DNA from: the human T2T-CHM13v2.0 reference genome, Homo sapiens
Direction: 5' to 3' (one strand)
Length of the DNA: 64,000 bases
Assembly (NCBI RefSeq): GCF_009914755.1
Contig: NC_060930.1
In this document: piece after piece, positions 1 through 13,030 of the stretch
How the letters are laid out: every line of letters begins with the position of its first letter
Position numbering within the stretch: position 1 is the stretch's first letter
Notes under the pieces: model-generated
Database searches by the model: none
What the model was told of the DNA's origin: nothing
What the model saw: the letters and a program-made list of their open reading frames with translations, nothing else
Program-made: the position numbers and the translations under genes

Positions 1-3000
1 GCTTTTGAGGTTTTATCCAGAAAATCTTTGCCGAGACCAATGTCTTGAAATATTTCCCCAATATTTTCCTCTAGCAGTTTCATAGTTTCAGCTCTGACAT
101 TTAAGTCTCTAATCCATTTTGAATTTACTTTTGTATATAGTGAGAAATAGGGGTTTAGTTTTTTTTTCTTCTGCATATGAATATCCATATTTTCCTAGCA
201 CCATTTATTAGAGACTGTCCTTCCCCCAGTGTATTTTCTTGGAGTCTTTGTAGAAAATAAGATGGTTGTAAATATGTGAACTCATTTCTGGACTCTCTCG
301 TCTGTTCCACTGGCCTATGTGTCTGTTTTTATGCCAGAATCATGCTGCTTTAATTAACTACCTGTGTAGTGTATGTTGAAGTCAGATAGTGTGATGTCTC
401 CAGCTTTGTTCTTTTGCTCAAGATTGTTTGGTTATTTGGATTATTTTGTGGTTCCATGAGAATTTTAGGATTTTTTTTTCTATTTTTATTTTTTACTTTT
501 ATTTTAGCTTCCCAGAGGGTACAGTTTTTTACATGGATAAATTGCATGCCACTGAGGTTTGGTGTAGGGATGATCCAGTGGCCCAGTTGGAGAGCTAGTA
601 CCAGACAGGAAGTTTTTCAACCCATGGCCCCCATAGTAGTAGTCCCCAGTGCCTGTTGTTGCCATCTTCATGTCCATGTTTACCGAGTGTGTAGCTCCTG
701 CTTATAAATGAGAACCTGCAGTGTTTGCAAGTTTTCTATTCCTGAATTAGTTTGCTTAGGATGATGGCCTCCAGCTGCATCTGTGTTGCTGCAAAGGACA
801 TGATTTTTCTTTTTTATGGCTGTGTAGTATTTTACAGTGTGTATGTACCTCATTTTTCTTTATTCAGTCCACCATTGATGGGCATCTAGCTTGATTCTGT
901 GTTTTTGCTGTTGTGAATAGTGCCATGATGAACACATGAATACATGTGTCTTCTGTGAAGATTGCTATTGGTATTTTGATAAGGATTGCATTAAATCTGT
1001 AGATCACTTTGGGTAGTATAGACATTTAAACTATCTTATTTCTTCCAAGCGTGAACATGGAATATCTTTTTATTGTTTTGTGTCCTCTTCAATTTCTTTC
1101 ATCAGTGTGTTATAGTTTTGATTGTAAAAATATTTTATCTCTTGGGTTAAATTTATTTACAGGTATTTTTTGGTAGCTACTTTAAATGAAAAATGCTTTT
1201 TTATTTCTTCTTCAGATTGTTCACTATTGGCATATAGACATGCCACTAATATTTGTATGTTGATGTTGCATCCTGCAAATTTCCTGAATTCATTTATCAT
1301 TTTCTACAGTTTTTTTTTGGGGGGGGGGGTAGAATCTTTAGATTTTTCTAAATAGATTATTATGTCATCTGCAAACAAGTTCAATTTGACTTCTTCCTTT
1401 CCAATTTGGATGCCCTTTATTACTTTCTCTTGCCTAATTTCTCTGGCTAGAACTTCCAGTACCATGTTGAATAAAAATGGTGAAAGTGGGCAACATTACC
1501 TTATTCCATATCTTAGAAGAAAAAGATTTCAATTTTTCCCTATTCAGTAAAATGTCAGCTGTGGATTTGTTCATATATGGCCTTATTATGTTGACAGACA
1601 TTTCTTATATAACTAATTTGTCGAGAATTTTTATTATTAAGTGATGTTGAATTTTATCAAATACTTTTTCTGCATCTATTGAAATGATCATATCGTTTTT
1701 GTTCTTCATTATGTTGATGTGGTATTAAACCATCCTTGAATCCCTGAGATAAATCCCAATGGATTGTAGTTAAAAATCTTTTTGATGTACTGTGGAATTT
1801 GGTTTGCCAGTATTTTGTTGAGGATTTTTGCATTTATGTTTATCAGGGATATTGGCTTGTAGCTTTCTTTTTTGTTGTGTCCTTGTGTGGTTTTTGTATC
1901 AGGATAATGATGGCTTTGTAGAATGAATTTGGAAGAATTCACTTCTCTTCAATTTTTTGGAATAGTTTGAGAATAATTAATACTGGTCTTCTTTAAAAGT
2001 CCAGTAGAATTCAGCAGTGAATTCATCTGATCCAGGACTTTTCTTTGTTGAGAGATTTTTATTACTGATTCAATCATTTTACCCATTATTGGTGTGTTCA
2101 GGCTTTCCATTTCTTTATGGTTCAATCTCAGTAGGTTATATGTATTCAGGAAATTATCCATTTATTCTAGATTTCCCAATCTGTTGGCATATAGTTATTC
2201 ACAATGGTCCTCTGTATTTCTGTGGTATCAATTGTGGTGCCTTTTTTTCATCTCTGATTTTATTTATTTGGGTCTTCTCTCTTTTTTTCTTAGCTTGTCT
2301 AGTTAAAGCTGTGTCCACTTTGTTTATCTTTTCATAAAACTAATTTTTTAATCTGTTTTAGTTTTTATTAGTTTCATATTTCTACTTTGATATTTATTAT
2401 TTATTTTCTTCTACTAATTGGGGGTTTGGTTTGCTCTTGCTTTTCTAGTTCTTTTAGGTGCATTATGAGGTTGTTTATTTGAAGTTTTTCTACCTTTTTG
2501 ATGTAGGTATTTATTGCTGTAAACTTCCCTTTCAGTGCTGCTTTTGCTATATACTGTAGGTTTTGGTATCTTGTGTTTCCACCTTTATTTGTTTCTCAAT
2601 TTTTAAATTTTCTTCTTAATTTATTCATGGACCTATTGGTCATTCAGTAGCGTGTCATTTATTTTCCCTGTAGTTTTACAGTTTCCAAAATTACTCTTGT
2701 TATTGATTTCTGGTTTTATTCTATTGTGATCTGAAAAGATGTATGATATAATTTTGATTTTTTTTCTGATTTTGGGGTCTTATTTTGTCACCCAATGTAT
2801 GGTCTATCCCAGAGAATGTTAGATGTACTGCTCGTAAGAAGAATATGCACTCTGTAGCAGTTAGATAGAGTGTTCTGTAAATGTCAGTTAGGTCCATTTG
2901 GTCTAAAATGTAATTTAACTCCAATGTTTCTTTATTGATTTTCTGTCTGAATGATTGGTCCATTGCTAAAAGTGGAGTGTTGAAGTCTCCAACTATTACC

Positions 3001-3210
3001 GTATAGCAGTCTATCTGTCTCTTTATGTCTATGAATGTTTGCTTTGTATATTTGGGTGCTCTGATGTTGGATGCATAGATATTTACAACTGTCATATCCT
3101 CTTGTTGAATTGACCCCTTTATCATTATAAAATAGCCTGCTTTGTCTCTCTTTACAGTTTTGACTTGAAGTCTGTTTCATCTGATATGAGTATAGCTATT
3201 CTTGCTCTTT
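1..3210 (-). mobile_element. Old L1 ORF2 region (EN/RT remnants), antisense to GRM1
   Basis: Minus-strand ORF fragments 2721..3125 (IKGSIQQED...VGDFNTPL) and 1709..1942 ([21 protein letters not shown]) are L1 ORF2p motifs, interrupted by many stops. Confidence 0.93.
484..950 (-). mobile_element. 5'-truncated L1 3' end (L1PB-like) nested in the older L1
   Basis: T-rich tail followed by L1 3'UTR sequence. The host L1 reads ttttttctat|ttctgtgaag across the insert. Confidence 0.8.
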
Positions 3211-3349
3211 TAAAGACTCAGCCTTTCTTGATGTTGTGCAAGTTTAAGTGAAGACTTGCATATAACTGAAGGAAAGGTATCTAACTTTGTTCCCTAGGCC
3301 CTTTTCTTTCTTCACCTCTGTTTCTGCTCTGTACCCTATTTCTTTTTCT

Positions 3350-3530
3350 TGATTTAGTTTTCTCCATAGCCTTTTTCCAGAATGACAGCTCCTCATGGGT
3401 AGTGACATTATCTGCTTTGTTCACTGATTATTTCTAACCTTGACATAGTGCCTGGTGCATTGTAGGCACTCAAATAGAATTTTGGATGAGTGAATGAATG
3501 AATGGTGAATGAAGGAATTAATGAATAACT
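3350..3530 (+). mobile_element. L2 3' end
   Basis: catagtgcctggtgcattgtaggcactcaaata followed by a (tgaa)n tail. Confidence 0.75.
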
Positions 3531-4129
3531 GAATAAATATCTCTTCATTGGCATTTTATTTCCCCTTCTAGAGATATACTTAATCCATTGTATAAGATTT
3601 TTGAGCTCTTTAACTTCAATAATCGGGTCTTTCCATTTATTTATTCCCATGCATAACATCATGTGGGCCACAGCGGGTCACTAAACAGAAGTTGATTAAT
3701 TGAATATATATATGCCAACCCCTGAGATACAATTTTGGCTCTCAGAATAATCTGTCATCATGCTGGCAGCCATTGTGATACTGGGAAGAGCCTAATTCTT
3801 GGAAATAACTTGACTGAGGCTTGTGCAAGGTATTGGGTCCATCTACACGTCCCCTCATTTGCAAAATGTACACAATTAACTGCACCCTGTGGAGTAATCA
3901 AGATTCGTGTAATTCTATATAGAGTGCCTAGCACATAGTTTGACTTAATATATGTCAACTTTTTGATCATTTTATGTTCTTACCATTTTATTATACTTTG
4001 TCGGTGATAAATTACAATGTAGTCCTACATTGTATGATATGTTTATGTAGTTCTATGTCTCTTTTATTCCAATTGAATTCTTCATTTCCATTTTTTCTTT
4101 CTCTCATAGTCTATATTATTGCCTTCCAT

Positions 4130-4320
4130 TCTTTCACGTACATTGTTGAGTAACTGATATGTGCCAAAAACTGTGCTAGCACTGTGAATGCAAAGGAAAT
4201 AAACATGGCCTCTTCTTTTGAGGAACTCATAGTGTAACTGGGGAAAAACGGATCAGTAATTAGATTCTATTGTTGCCCAAGCTCTCAAAGAGGATATGAA
4301 GTGCTATAGGGACACAGGCT
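4130..4320 (-). mobile_element. L2 fragment
   Basis: ttgagtaactgatatgtgccaaaaactgtgctagcactg...gaggaactcatagt resembles the reverse L2 3' end. Confidence 0.6.
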
Positions 4321-6275
4321 AGTGGAGCTAGCTCCTTTCTCTTACAGCTGACTCTCCCACAGTTCTTTTTACTTTTTATTTTAATTTTTAATTTTTATGG
4401 GTACATAGTAGGTATATATATTTATGGGGTACATGAGATGTTTTGACACAGGCATACAATGTACAATGAGTGCATCATGGAGAATGCGGTATTCCTTCCC
4501 TCAAGCATTTATCCTTTGAGTTACAAACAATCCAATTACAATCTTTACGATATTTTAAAATGTAAAATCCAGTTATTATTGACTATAGTCACCCTACGGT
4601 GCTATCAAATAGTAGGTTTTATCCATTCTATTTCTTTTGTACTCATTAACCATCCCCATCTCCTCCCCATGCCCCAACTACTCTTCCCAGCCTCTGGTAG
4701 CCATTCTTCTACTATGTCCGTGAGTTCAATTGATTTGATTTTTAGATCCCGCAGATAAGTGGGAATATGTGATGCTTGTGTTTCTGTGCCTGGCTTATTT
4801 TACTTAACATAATAATCTCAAGTTCCATCCATGTTGTTGCAAATGACTGGATCTCATTCTTTTTTATGGCTGTATAATACTCCATTGTGTATATGCATTA
4901 CCTTTTCTTTAAATTCACCTGTTGATGAACATTTAGGTTGCTTCCAAATCTTAGCTATTAGAAAAAGTGCTACAACAAACATAGGAGTGCAGATATCTCT
5001 TCAATATACTGATTTCCTTTATTTTGTGTACTTAGCAGTGTCATTGCTGGATCAGATGGTAACTCGATGTTTAGTTTTTTTAAGGAAACTCCAAACTATT
5101 CTCCATAGTGATTGTACTAATTTACATTCCCATGAACAGTGTACAAGGATTCCGTTTTCTTCTCATCTTCGCCAGCATTTGTCATTGCCTGTCATTTGGA
5201 TATAAACCATTTTAACTGGGGTGAGATGATATCTCATTGTAGTTTTGATTTGCATTTCTCTGATGATCAATGATGTTGAGCACTTTTTCTTATGCCTGTT
5301 TGCCATTTGTATGTCTTCTTTTAAGAAACATCTATTCAAATCTTTTGTCCGTAGTTTGATTGGATTATCAGATTTTTTTCCTATAGAGTTATTTGAGCTC
5401 CTTATACATTCTGGTTATTAATTCCTTCCTAGATGGGTAGTTTGCAAATATTTTCTTCCATTCTGTGGGTTGTCTTTTCATCTTATTGATTGTATCTTTT
5501 GCTGTGAAGAAGATTTCTTACTTGATGTGATCCCATTTGTCCATTTTTGCTTTGGATGCCTATGCTTGTGGGGTATTGCTCAAGAAATTTTTGCCCAGAT
5601 CAATGTCCTGGAAATGTTCCCCAATGTTTTCTTGCATTTTCATAGTTTAGGTCTTAGATTTAAGTCTTTAATTGATATTTATTTGATTTTTGTGTATGGG
5701 GAGAGGTAGGGGTCTAGTTTCATTCTTCTGCATAGGAAAATCCAGTTTCCCCAGCACCATTTATTAAAGATGATGTCTTTTTCCTAGTGTGTGTTATTGG
5801 TACCTTTGTCAAAAATGAGTTTACTGCAGGTGTGTGGATTTGTTCCTGGATTCTCTATTCTGATGAATTGGTCTATGTGCCTGTTTTTATGCCAGTACTC
5901 TGCTGTTTTGGTTATTATAGCTCTGTAGTATAATTTGAAGTCAGGTAATGAAATGTGGTTTCTCCAGTTTTGTCCTTTTTGCTTTAGATAGCTTTGGTTA
6001 TTCTGGGTTTTTGTGGTTCTATACAAACTTTAGGATAGTTTTTTCTATTTCTATGAAAAATGAAATTGGTCTTTTGAAAGGGATTGCATTGACTCTGTCA
6101 ATTGCTTTAGCTAGCATGGGCATTTTAACGATATTGGTTTATTCTAATCAATTAACATAAAAATTTTTCAATTTTTGGGTGTCCTCTTCAATTTCTTTCA
6201 TCAGCGTTTTATAGTTTTCATTATAGAGATCTTCCACCTCTTTTGTTAATTCCTAGGTATTTAATTTTATGTGTG

Positions 6276-6671
6276 TGTATTAGTCTGTTCTCCCACTGCT
6301 ATAAAGAACTACCTGCCACTGGGTAATTTATAAGGAAAAGAGGTTTAAATATGCTCATGGTTTTGTGGGTTGTACAGGCTTCTGATTCTCAGAAAACTTA
6401 CAATCATGGCAGAAGGTGAAGTGGAAGCAGGCGCACCTGAACATGGCTGGCAGAAAAGAGAGAAAGTGAAGGGGGAAGTGCTACACACTTTTGAACAACC
6501 AGATCTCATGAGAACTCTATCGTGAGACAGCACTAGGAGGGATGATGATAAACCATTAGAAACCACCCCCATGAGTCAATCGCCTCCCATCAGACCCCTT
6601 CTGCCACACTGGGGATTACAATTTGATATGAGATTTGGGGATGGGGGCGGACACAGAGCCAAACCATATCA
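6276..6671 (-). mobile_element. Solo MaLR LTR (MSTA/MSTB-like)
   Basis: tgtattagtc...aaaccatatca termini with a perfect 5-bp TSD GTGTG (6271-6275 / 6672-6676). Confidence 0.93.
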
Positions 6672-9600
6672 GTGTGGCTATTGTAAATGAGATTACTTTT
6701 TTATTTCCTTTTCACATTGTTCATTGTTGTTGACATATAGAAATGCTACTGATTTTTGTATGTTGATTTTGTATCCTGCAACATTATTGAATTGGTATAT
6801 AAGTTCTAATAGTTTTATTGTGCAGTCCTTAGGTTTTCCCAAATATAAGATCATATCATCTACAAACAAGGACAATTTGACTTCTCCCTTTCCAATTTGG
6901 ATGCCCTTTATATCTTTCTCTTGCCAGACTGCTGTAGTGAATACTTCCAGTACTACGTTGAAAAGCAGTGCTGATAGTGAGTATCCTTGTTGTGCTCCAC
7001 ATCTTAGAGGAAAGGCTTTCAGTTTTCCCCCATTCAGTATGATACTATCTGTGGGTCTGTAATACATGGCTTTTATGATGTTGAGATATGTTCCTTTTAT
7101 CCCCAGTTTTGAGGAGTTTTATTAAGAAGAGAAGTTGAATTTTACCAAATGCTGTTTATGCATCAATTTAAATAATCATATGGTTTTTATCCTTTATTCT
7201 GTTGATATGATGTATCGGTATCGCATTGATTAATTTGCATATATTGAACCATCCCTGCATCCCAGGGATAAATCCCTCTTGTTCATCATGAATGATCTTT
7301 TTAATGTATTGTTGAATTCTGTTTGCTACTATTTTGTCGAGGATTTTTGCATCAATATTCATCAGAAATAATGGCCTGTAGTTATACTTTTTTGATGTAT
7401 CTTTATCTGGTTGTGATATCAGGGTAATATTGGCCTTATAGAATGAGTTTGGAAGTATTTTCTCCTCCTCTATTTTTTGTTATAGTTTGAGTAGAATTGG
7501 TATTAGGTTTTCTTTAAATGCTTGATAGAAATCAGCAGAGAAGCAAACAGGTCCCTGGCTTTTATTTACTGGGAGACGTTTTATTACGGCTTCAATCTTG
7601 TTACTTGTTATTGTTCTGTTAAGGCTTTGGATTTCTTCCTGGTTCAATCTTGGTAGGTTGTGTGTATCCACGGATTTGTCTATTTCTTCTAGATTTTTAA
7701 AATTTATTGGCATACAGTTGTTCATAGTAGCCAGTAATGATCCTTTGAATTTCTGCAATATTAGTTGTAATGTCTCTTTTTTCATTTCTGATTTTTATTT
7801 ATTTGGATCTTCTCTCTTTTTTTGTTAGTTTGACTAAAGTTTTTCAACTCTGTTAACTTTTCAAAAAACCAACTTTTTGTTTCATTGATGTTTCATATTG
7901 TTGTTTTTCATTTCAATTTGATTTATTTCTATTCTGATCTTCATTATGTTTTTCTTCTACTAATATTGGCTTTGGTTTTCTCTTGCTTTTTTAGTTCCTT
8001 AAGATGCACTGTTAGATTGTTCATTTAAAGTTTTTTTCTCTTTTTTGATGTAGGCACTTACAGCTATAAACTTCCCTCTTAATACTGTTTTTGCTATCCA
8101 CACTATCCATAGGTTTGGTATATTGTGTTTTTATTATAATTCATTTCAATAAATTTTTCAATTTCCTTGTTAATTTCTTTATTGACCCACTAGTCATTCA
8201 GTAGCATATTGTTTAATTTCCACGTAGTTTGTGTAGTGTCCAGAATTCCTCTTGTTATTCATTTCTACTTTTATTCTGTTGTGATCAGAGAAGATCCTTG
8301 ATATTATTTAAATTTTTTGAATGTATTAATACTTGTTTTGTGACATAATGTATGATCTATCCTTGATAATGACTCATTATCAAGAAAGAGGAAGAGAGGA
8401 AGTGCTGAGAAAGAGTGTGTATTCTGCAGCTCTTAGATGAAATCTTCTGTAATTATCTATTAGATCCATTTGTTTTATAGTGCAGATTAAGTCTGATGTT
8501 TCTTTGTTGATTTTCTGACTGAAAGATCTGTCTAATGCTGACAGTGGGTTGTTGAAATCTCCAGTCATTATTGTATTGGGGCCTGTCTCTCTCTATAGCT
8601 CTAATAATATTTCCTTTACCTATCTAGGTGCTCCAGTATTTGGTTCATATATGTATAAAATTGTTATATTCTCCAGTTGAATTGACCCTTTTATCATTAT
8701 ATAGTGACCTTCTTTGTCTCTTCTTATAGTTTTTGTGTTAAAATTATATTGTGTTATATGAGACCGATGCTCTTTTTTGGTCTCCATTAGCACGGATTAT
8801 CTTTTGCCATCCTTTTATTTTCAGTCTAACCATGTCTTTATAGGTGAAGTGTGTTTTTTGTAGGCAGCAGCTTTTAGTCAGTCTATGTCTTTTGATTGGA
8901 GAATCTAGTCCATTTACATTCCATGTTATTATTGATAAATAAGGACTTATTCCTACCATTTTGTTATTTGTTTTCTGGTAGTTTTATGGTCTTCCCTCCC
9001 TTCTCTCTTTCCTTCCTTCCTGTTTTCCTCTAGTGAAGGTAATTTTCTCTGGTGGCATGAATTAATTTCTTGCTTTTCTTTTTTGTGTGTGTTTCCATTG
9101 TATGTTTTTTGTTTTAAGGTTACAATGAGGCTTGCAAATACTATCTTATAACCTATTGTTTTAACCTCATAACAACTTAACACTGTTTCAATAAACAAAC
9201 AAAAAAGAAAACTAATAAAAACGATATGCCTTAACTTTGTATCCCTGCTTTTAAACTTTTTGTTGTTTCTATATTTATCTTATTATATTGACTATGTCTT
9301 GAAAAGTTGTGGTATTTATTACTTTTGATTGGTTCATTATTTAGTTTTTCTACTTAAGAGTAGTTTACATACCACAGTTATAGTGTTATAATATTCTTTT
9401 TATTCCATGTACTATTACCAGCGAATTTTGTACCTTGAGGTGATTATTTATTGTTCATTAATGTTCTTTTCTTTCTGATGGAAGTACTCCCTTAAGTATT
9501 TCTTGTAGGATGGGTCTGGTATTGATTAAATCCCTCAGCTTTTGTCTGGGAGTCTTTATTTCTCCTTTATGTGTCCTTCATGTGTGAAGGATATTTTCAT

Positions 9601-9846
9601 CAAATATACTATTCTATGGTAGAATTTTTTTTTCCTTCAGCACTTTAAATATGTCATCCCAGTGTCTCCTGGCCTGTAAAGTTTCCACTGAGGAGTCTGC
9701 TGCCTGACATATTGGAGCTGTGTTTTATGTTGTTTCTTTGCTCTTGCTACTTTTAGAATCCTTTCTTCATCCTTTACCTAATACTATGATTATTAAGTGC
9801 CTTGAGGTAGTCTTCTTTGGGTTCAAACTGCTCAGAGTTCTATAAC

Positions 9847-12141
9847 TGATATGGTTTGGCTGTGTCCACACCCAAATGTCAAATCGTAACTCTCATAATT
9901 CCCACATGTCATGGGAGGGACCAAGTGGGAGGTAATTGAATTATGAGGGCAGGTCTTTCTGGTGCTGTTCTCATGATGGTGAATAGGTCTCACAAGATAT
10001 GATGGTTTTATAAAGGGGAGTTCCCCTGCACATGCTCTCTCTCTTGCCTGTCACCATGCAAGACGTGACTTTACCCCTCCTTTGCCTTCTACTTGGTTGT
10101 GAGGCCTTGGAGGTTGTGAGGCCTCCCCAGCCATGTTGCAGTGGGAGTCCTTTAAACCTTTTTCCTTTATAAATTACCCAGTCTTGGGTACGTCTTTATT
10201 AGCAGCATGAGAGCAGACGAATACAGTAAATTGGTACTGGGAGTGGGGGACTGCTGTAAAGATACTGAAAATGTGGAAGCAACTTTAGAACTGGGTAACA
10301 GGCAGAGATTGGAACAGTTTGGAGGGCTCAGAAGAAGACAGGAAAGTGTAGGAAAGTTTGGAACTTCCTAGAGACTTATTAAATGGCTTTGACCAAAATG
10401 CTGAAGTGATATGGACAATAAGGTCCAGGTTGAGGTGGTCTCAGATGGAGATGAGAAACTTGTTAGAAATTGGAGTAAAGGTCACTTTTGCTATACAAAG
10501 AGACTGGTGGCGTTATGTCCTTGCCCCAGAGACCTGTGGAACATTGAATTTGAGAGAGACAACTTAGGGTATCTGATGGAAGAAAGTTCTAAGCAGCAAA
10601 GCCTTCAAGAGGTGAAAGAGGATAAAAGTTTGGAAGATTTGCAGCCTGATGATGCATTAGAAAAGAAAAACCCATTTTCTAGGGAGAAATTCAAGCTGAC
10701 TGCAGAAGTTTGCATAAGCAATGAGTAGCCCAATGCTAATCACCAAGACTATGGGGAAAATGTCAACAGGCCATGTGAGATACCTTTAGGGCAGCCCCTC
10801 CCATCACAGGTCCAGAGGCCTAGGAGGAAAAAAAGGCTTCCTGGATTAGTTCAGTGCTGTGCATCCCAGCCATGGCTAAAATGGGCCAAGGTAGAGCTCA
10901 AGCCATTGCTTCAGAGGGTGCAAGCCCCAAGCCTTGGTGCCTTAAACCTGGTGTTGGGTTTGTGGTTGCACGGAAGTTGGAAGTGTGTGTGCACCCTAGG
11001 GATTTGGTGCCCTGCATCCCAGCTGTGGCTAAAATGGGCCAATATAGTGCTCAAGCTGTTGCTTCAGAGGATGCAAGACCCAAGCCTTGGTGGCTTACAC
11101 ATGGTATTGGGCTTGTGGGTGCATGGAAGAGTTGAGGAGTGGGAACCTCCGCCTAGATTTCAGAGGATACATGGAAATACCTGAATGTCCAGGCAGAGGT
11201 GTGCTGCAGGGGTGGAACCCTCATGGAGAACCTCTGCTAGGGAAGTGCAGAAGGAAAATGTGGGGGGTGAGCCCCCATACAGAGTTCCCACTGGGGCACT
11301 GCCTAGTGGAGCTGTAAGAAGAGGGCCACCATCCTCCAGACCCCAGAATGATAGATCTATTCCACTGACACTTGCACTGTGTGCCTGGAAAAGCTGCAGA
11401 CACTCAACAGCAGCCCGTGAAAGCAGCCAGGAGTGGGGCTGTATCTGATAAAGCCACAGGGGTGGAGCTGCCCAAGACCATGGGAACCCACCTCTTGCAT
11501 CAGCAAGACCTGGATTCAGACATGGAGTCAAAAGAGATAATTTTGGAACTTTAAGGTTTAATGACTGCCATATTGGGTTTCGGACTTGGATGGGGCCTGT
11601 AGCCCTTTTGTTTTGGCCAATTTCTCCCATTTGGAATAGAGGTTATTTACCCAATTCCTGTACCCTCATTGTATCTAGCATTGTGTCTAGGAAGTAACTA
11701 ATTTGCTTTTGATTTTACAGGCTTATAGATGCAAGAGACTTGCCTTGTCTCAGATGAGACTTTGGAGTGTGGACTTTTGAGTTAATTCTGAAATGAGTTA
11801 AGACTTTGTGGGACTGTTGAGAAGGCATAATAGGTCTTGAAATGTGAAGACATGAGATTTGGGAGGGGCCAGGGAGGTAATTGAATCATGAGGTCCAGTC
11901 TTTCCTGTGCTGTTCTTGTGATAGTGAAGAAGTGAATGATTTTATAAAGGTGAGTTTCCCTGCACATTCTCTCTCTTGCTTGCCTGCCACCATAAAAGAT
12001 GTGATTTTGTTACTCCTTTGTGTTCCACCATGATTGTGAGGCTTCCCCAACCATGTGAAACTGTGAGTCAAACCTTTTTCCTTTATAAATTACCTAGTCT
12101 CAGGTATGTCTTTATTGGCAGCATGAGAACAGACTCATACA
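9847..12141 (+). mobile_element. THE1 MaLR provirus: 5' LTR 9847-10225, internal region, 5'-deleted 3' LTR about 11872-12141
   Basis: tgatatggtttggctgtgtcc start, ...aataca LTR end followed by gtaaattggtac internal start, second LTR ending catac-a. TSD ATAAC/ATACC (4 of 5 match). Confidence 0.93.
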
Positions 12142-12983
12142 ATACCCTTCTTGTACTTGGATATTGATATCTTACTCTATATTTGGGAAGTTCTCTGATA
12201 CTACCTTTTAAAATATACTTTCAAACCCTATCTCTTTCTCTACCCATCTTTAAGGCCTATAATCCTTAGATTTGCCCATTTGAGGCTATTTACTAGTTTC
12301 TGTAGGTGCGCTTTATTGTTTCTTTTCTTTATTCTTTTGTCTCCTCTGATAGGTATTTTCAAATATCCTGTCTTTAAACTCACTAATTCTTTTCTCTGCT
12401 TGATCCATTCTGCATTAAGACTCTGAAGCATTCTTCAGTATGCTAATTGCATTTTTCAGATCCAGAATTTCTGCTTGTTTCTTTTTAATTATTTCAATCT
12501 CTGTTAAATTTATCTGATAGAATTCTGAATTCCTTCTCTGTGTTATCTTGAATTTCTTTGAGTTTCCTCAACACAGCTATTTTGAAGTCTGTCTGAAAGG
12601 TCTCATATCTCTGTTTCTCCAAGATTGGTTTCCGGTGTCTTATTTAGTTAATTTAGTGAGGTCATGTTTTCCTGGATGGTGTTGATGCTAGTACATGCTC
12701 TTTGGTGCATGGACATTGAAGATATAGGTATTTAATGTAGCCTTTACTGTCTGGGCTTATTTGTAACCATCCTTCTTGAGAAGGCTTTCCAGATATTTGA
12801 AAGAACTTGAGTGTTGTGATCCAAGCTGTATCTGCTTTAAGGGGCTCCCCAACCCTAGTAACACTGTGGTTGTTGCAGACTCATAGAGGTACCACCTTGA
12901 TTGTCTTGGACAAGATCCAGGACAAGTCTCTGGGTTACCAGAGACTCTTGTTCTCTTCCCTTACTTTCTCTCAAACATACAGA

Positions 12984-12986
<3 letters not shown>

Positions 12987-13022
<36 letters not shown>

Positions 13023-13030
13023 ACTCTCTC
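12987..13030. repeat. (CT)n microsatellite inside the L1 5' region
   Basis: Direct reading. Confidence 0.9.

Noticed and set aside
1709-9198. Multiple RT/endonuclease-like ORFs suggesting an active retroelement or novel RT system
   Set aside because: They are short, frameshifted fragments of decayed L1 ORF2.
10358-11630. Cluster of overlapping ORFs up to 156 aa
   Set aside because: All fall in the degenerate THE1 internal sequence.
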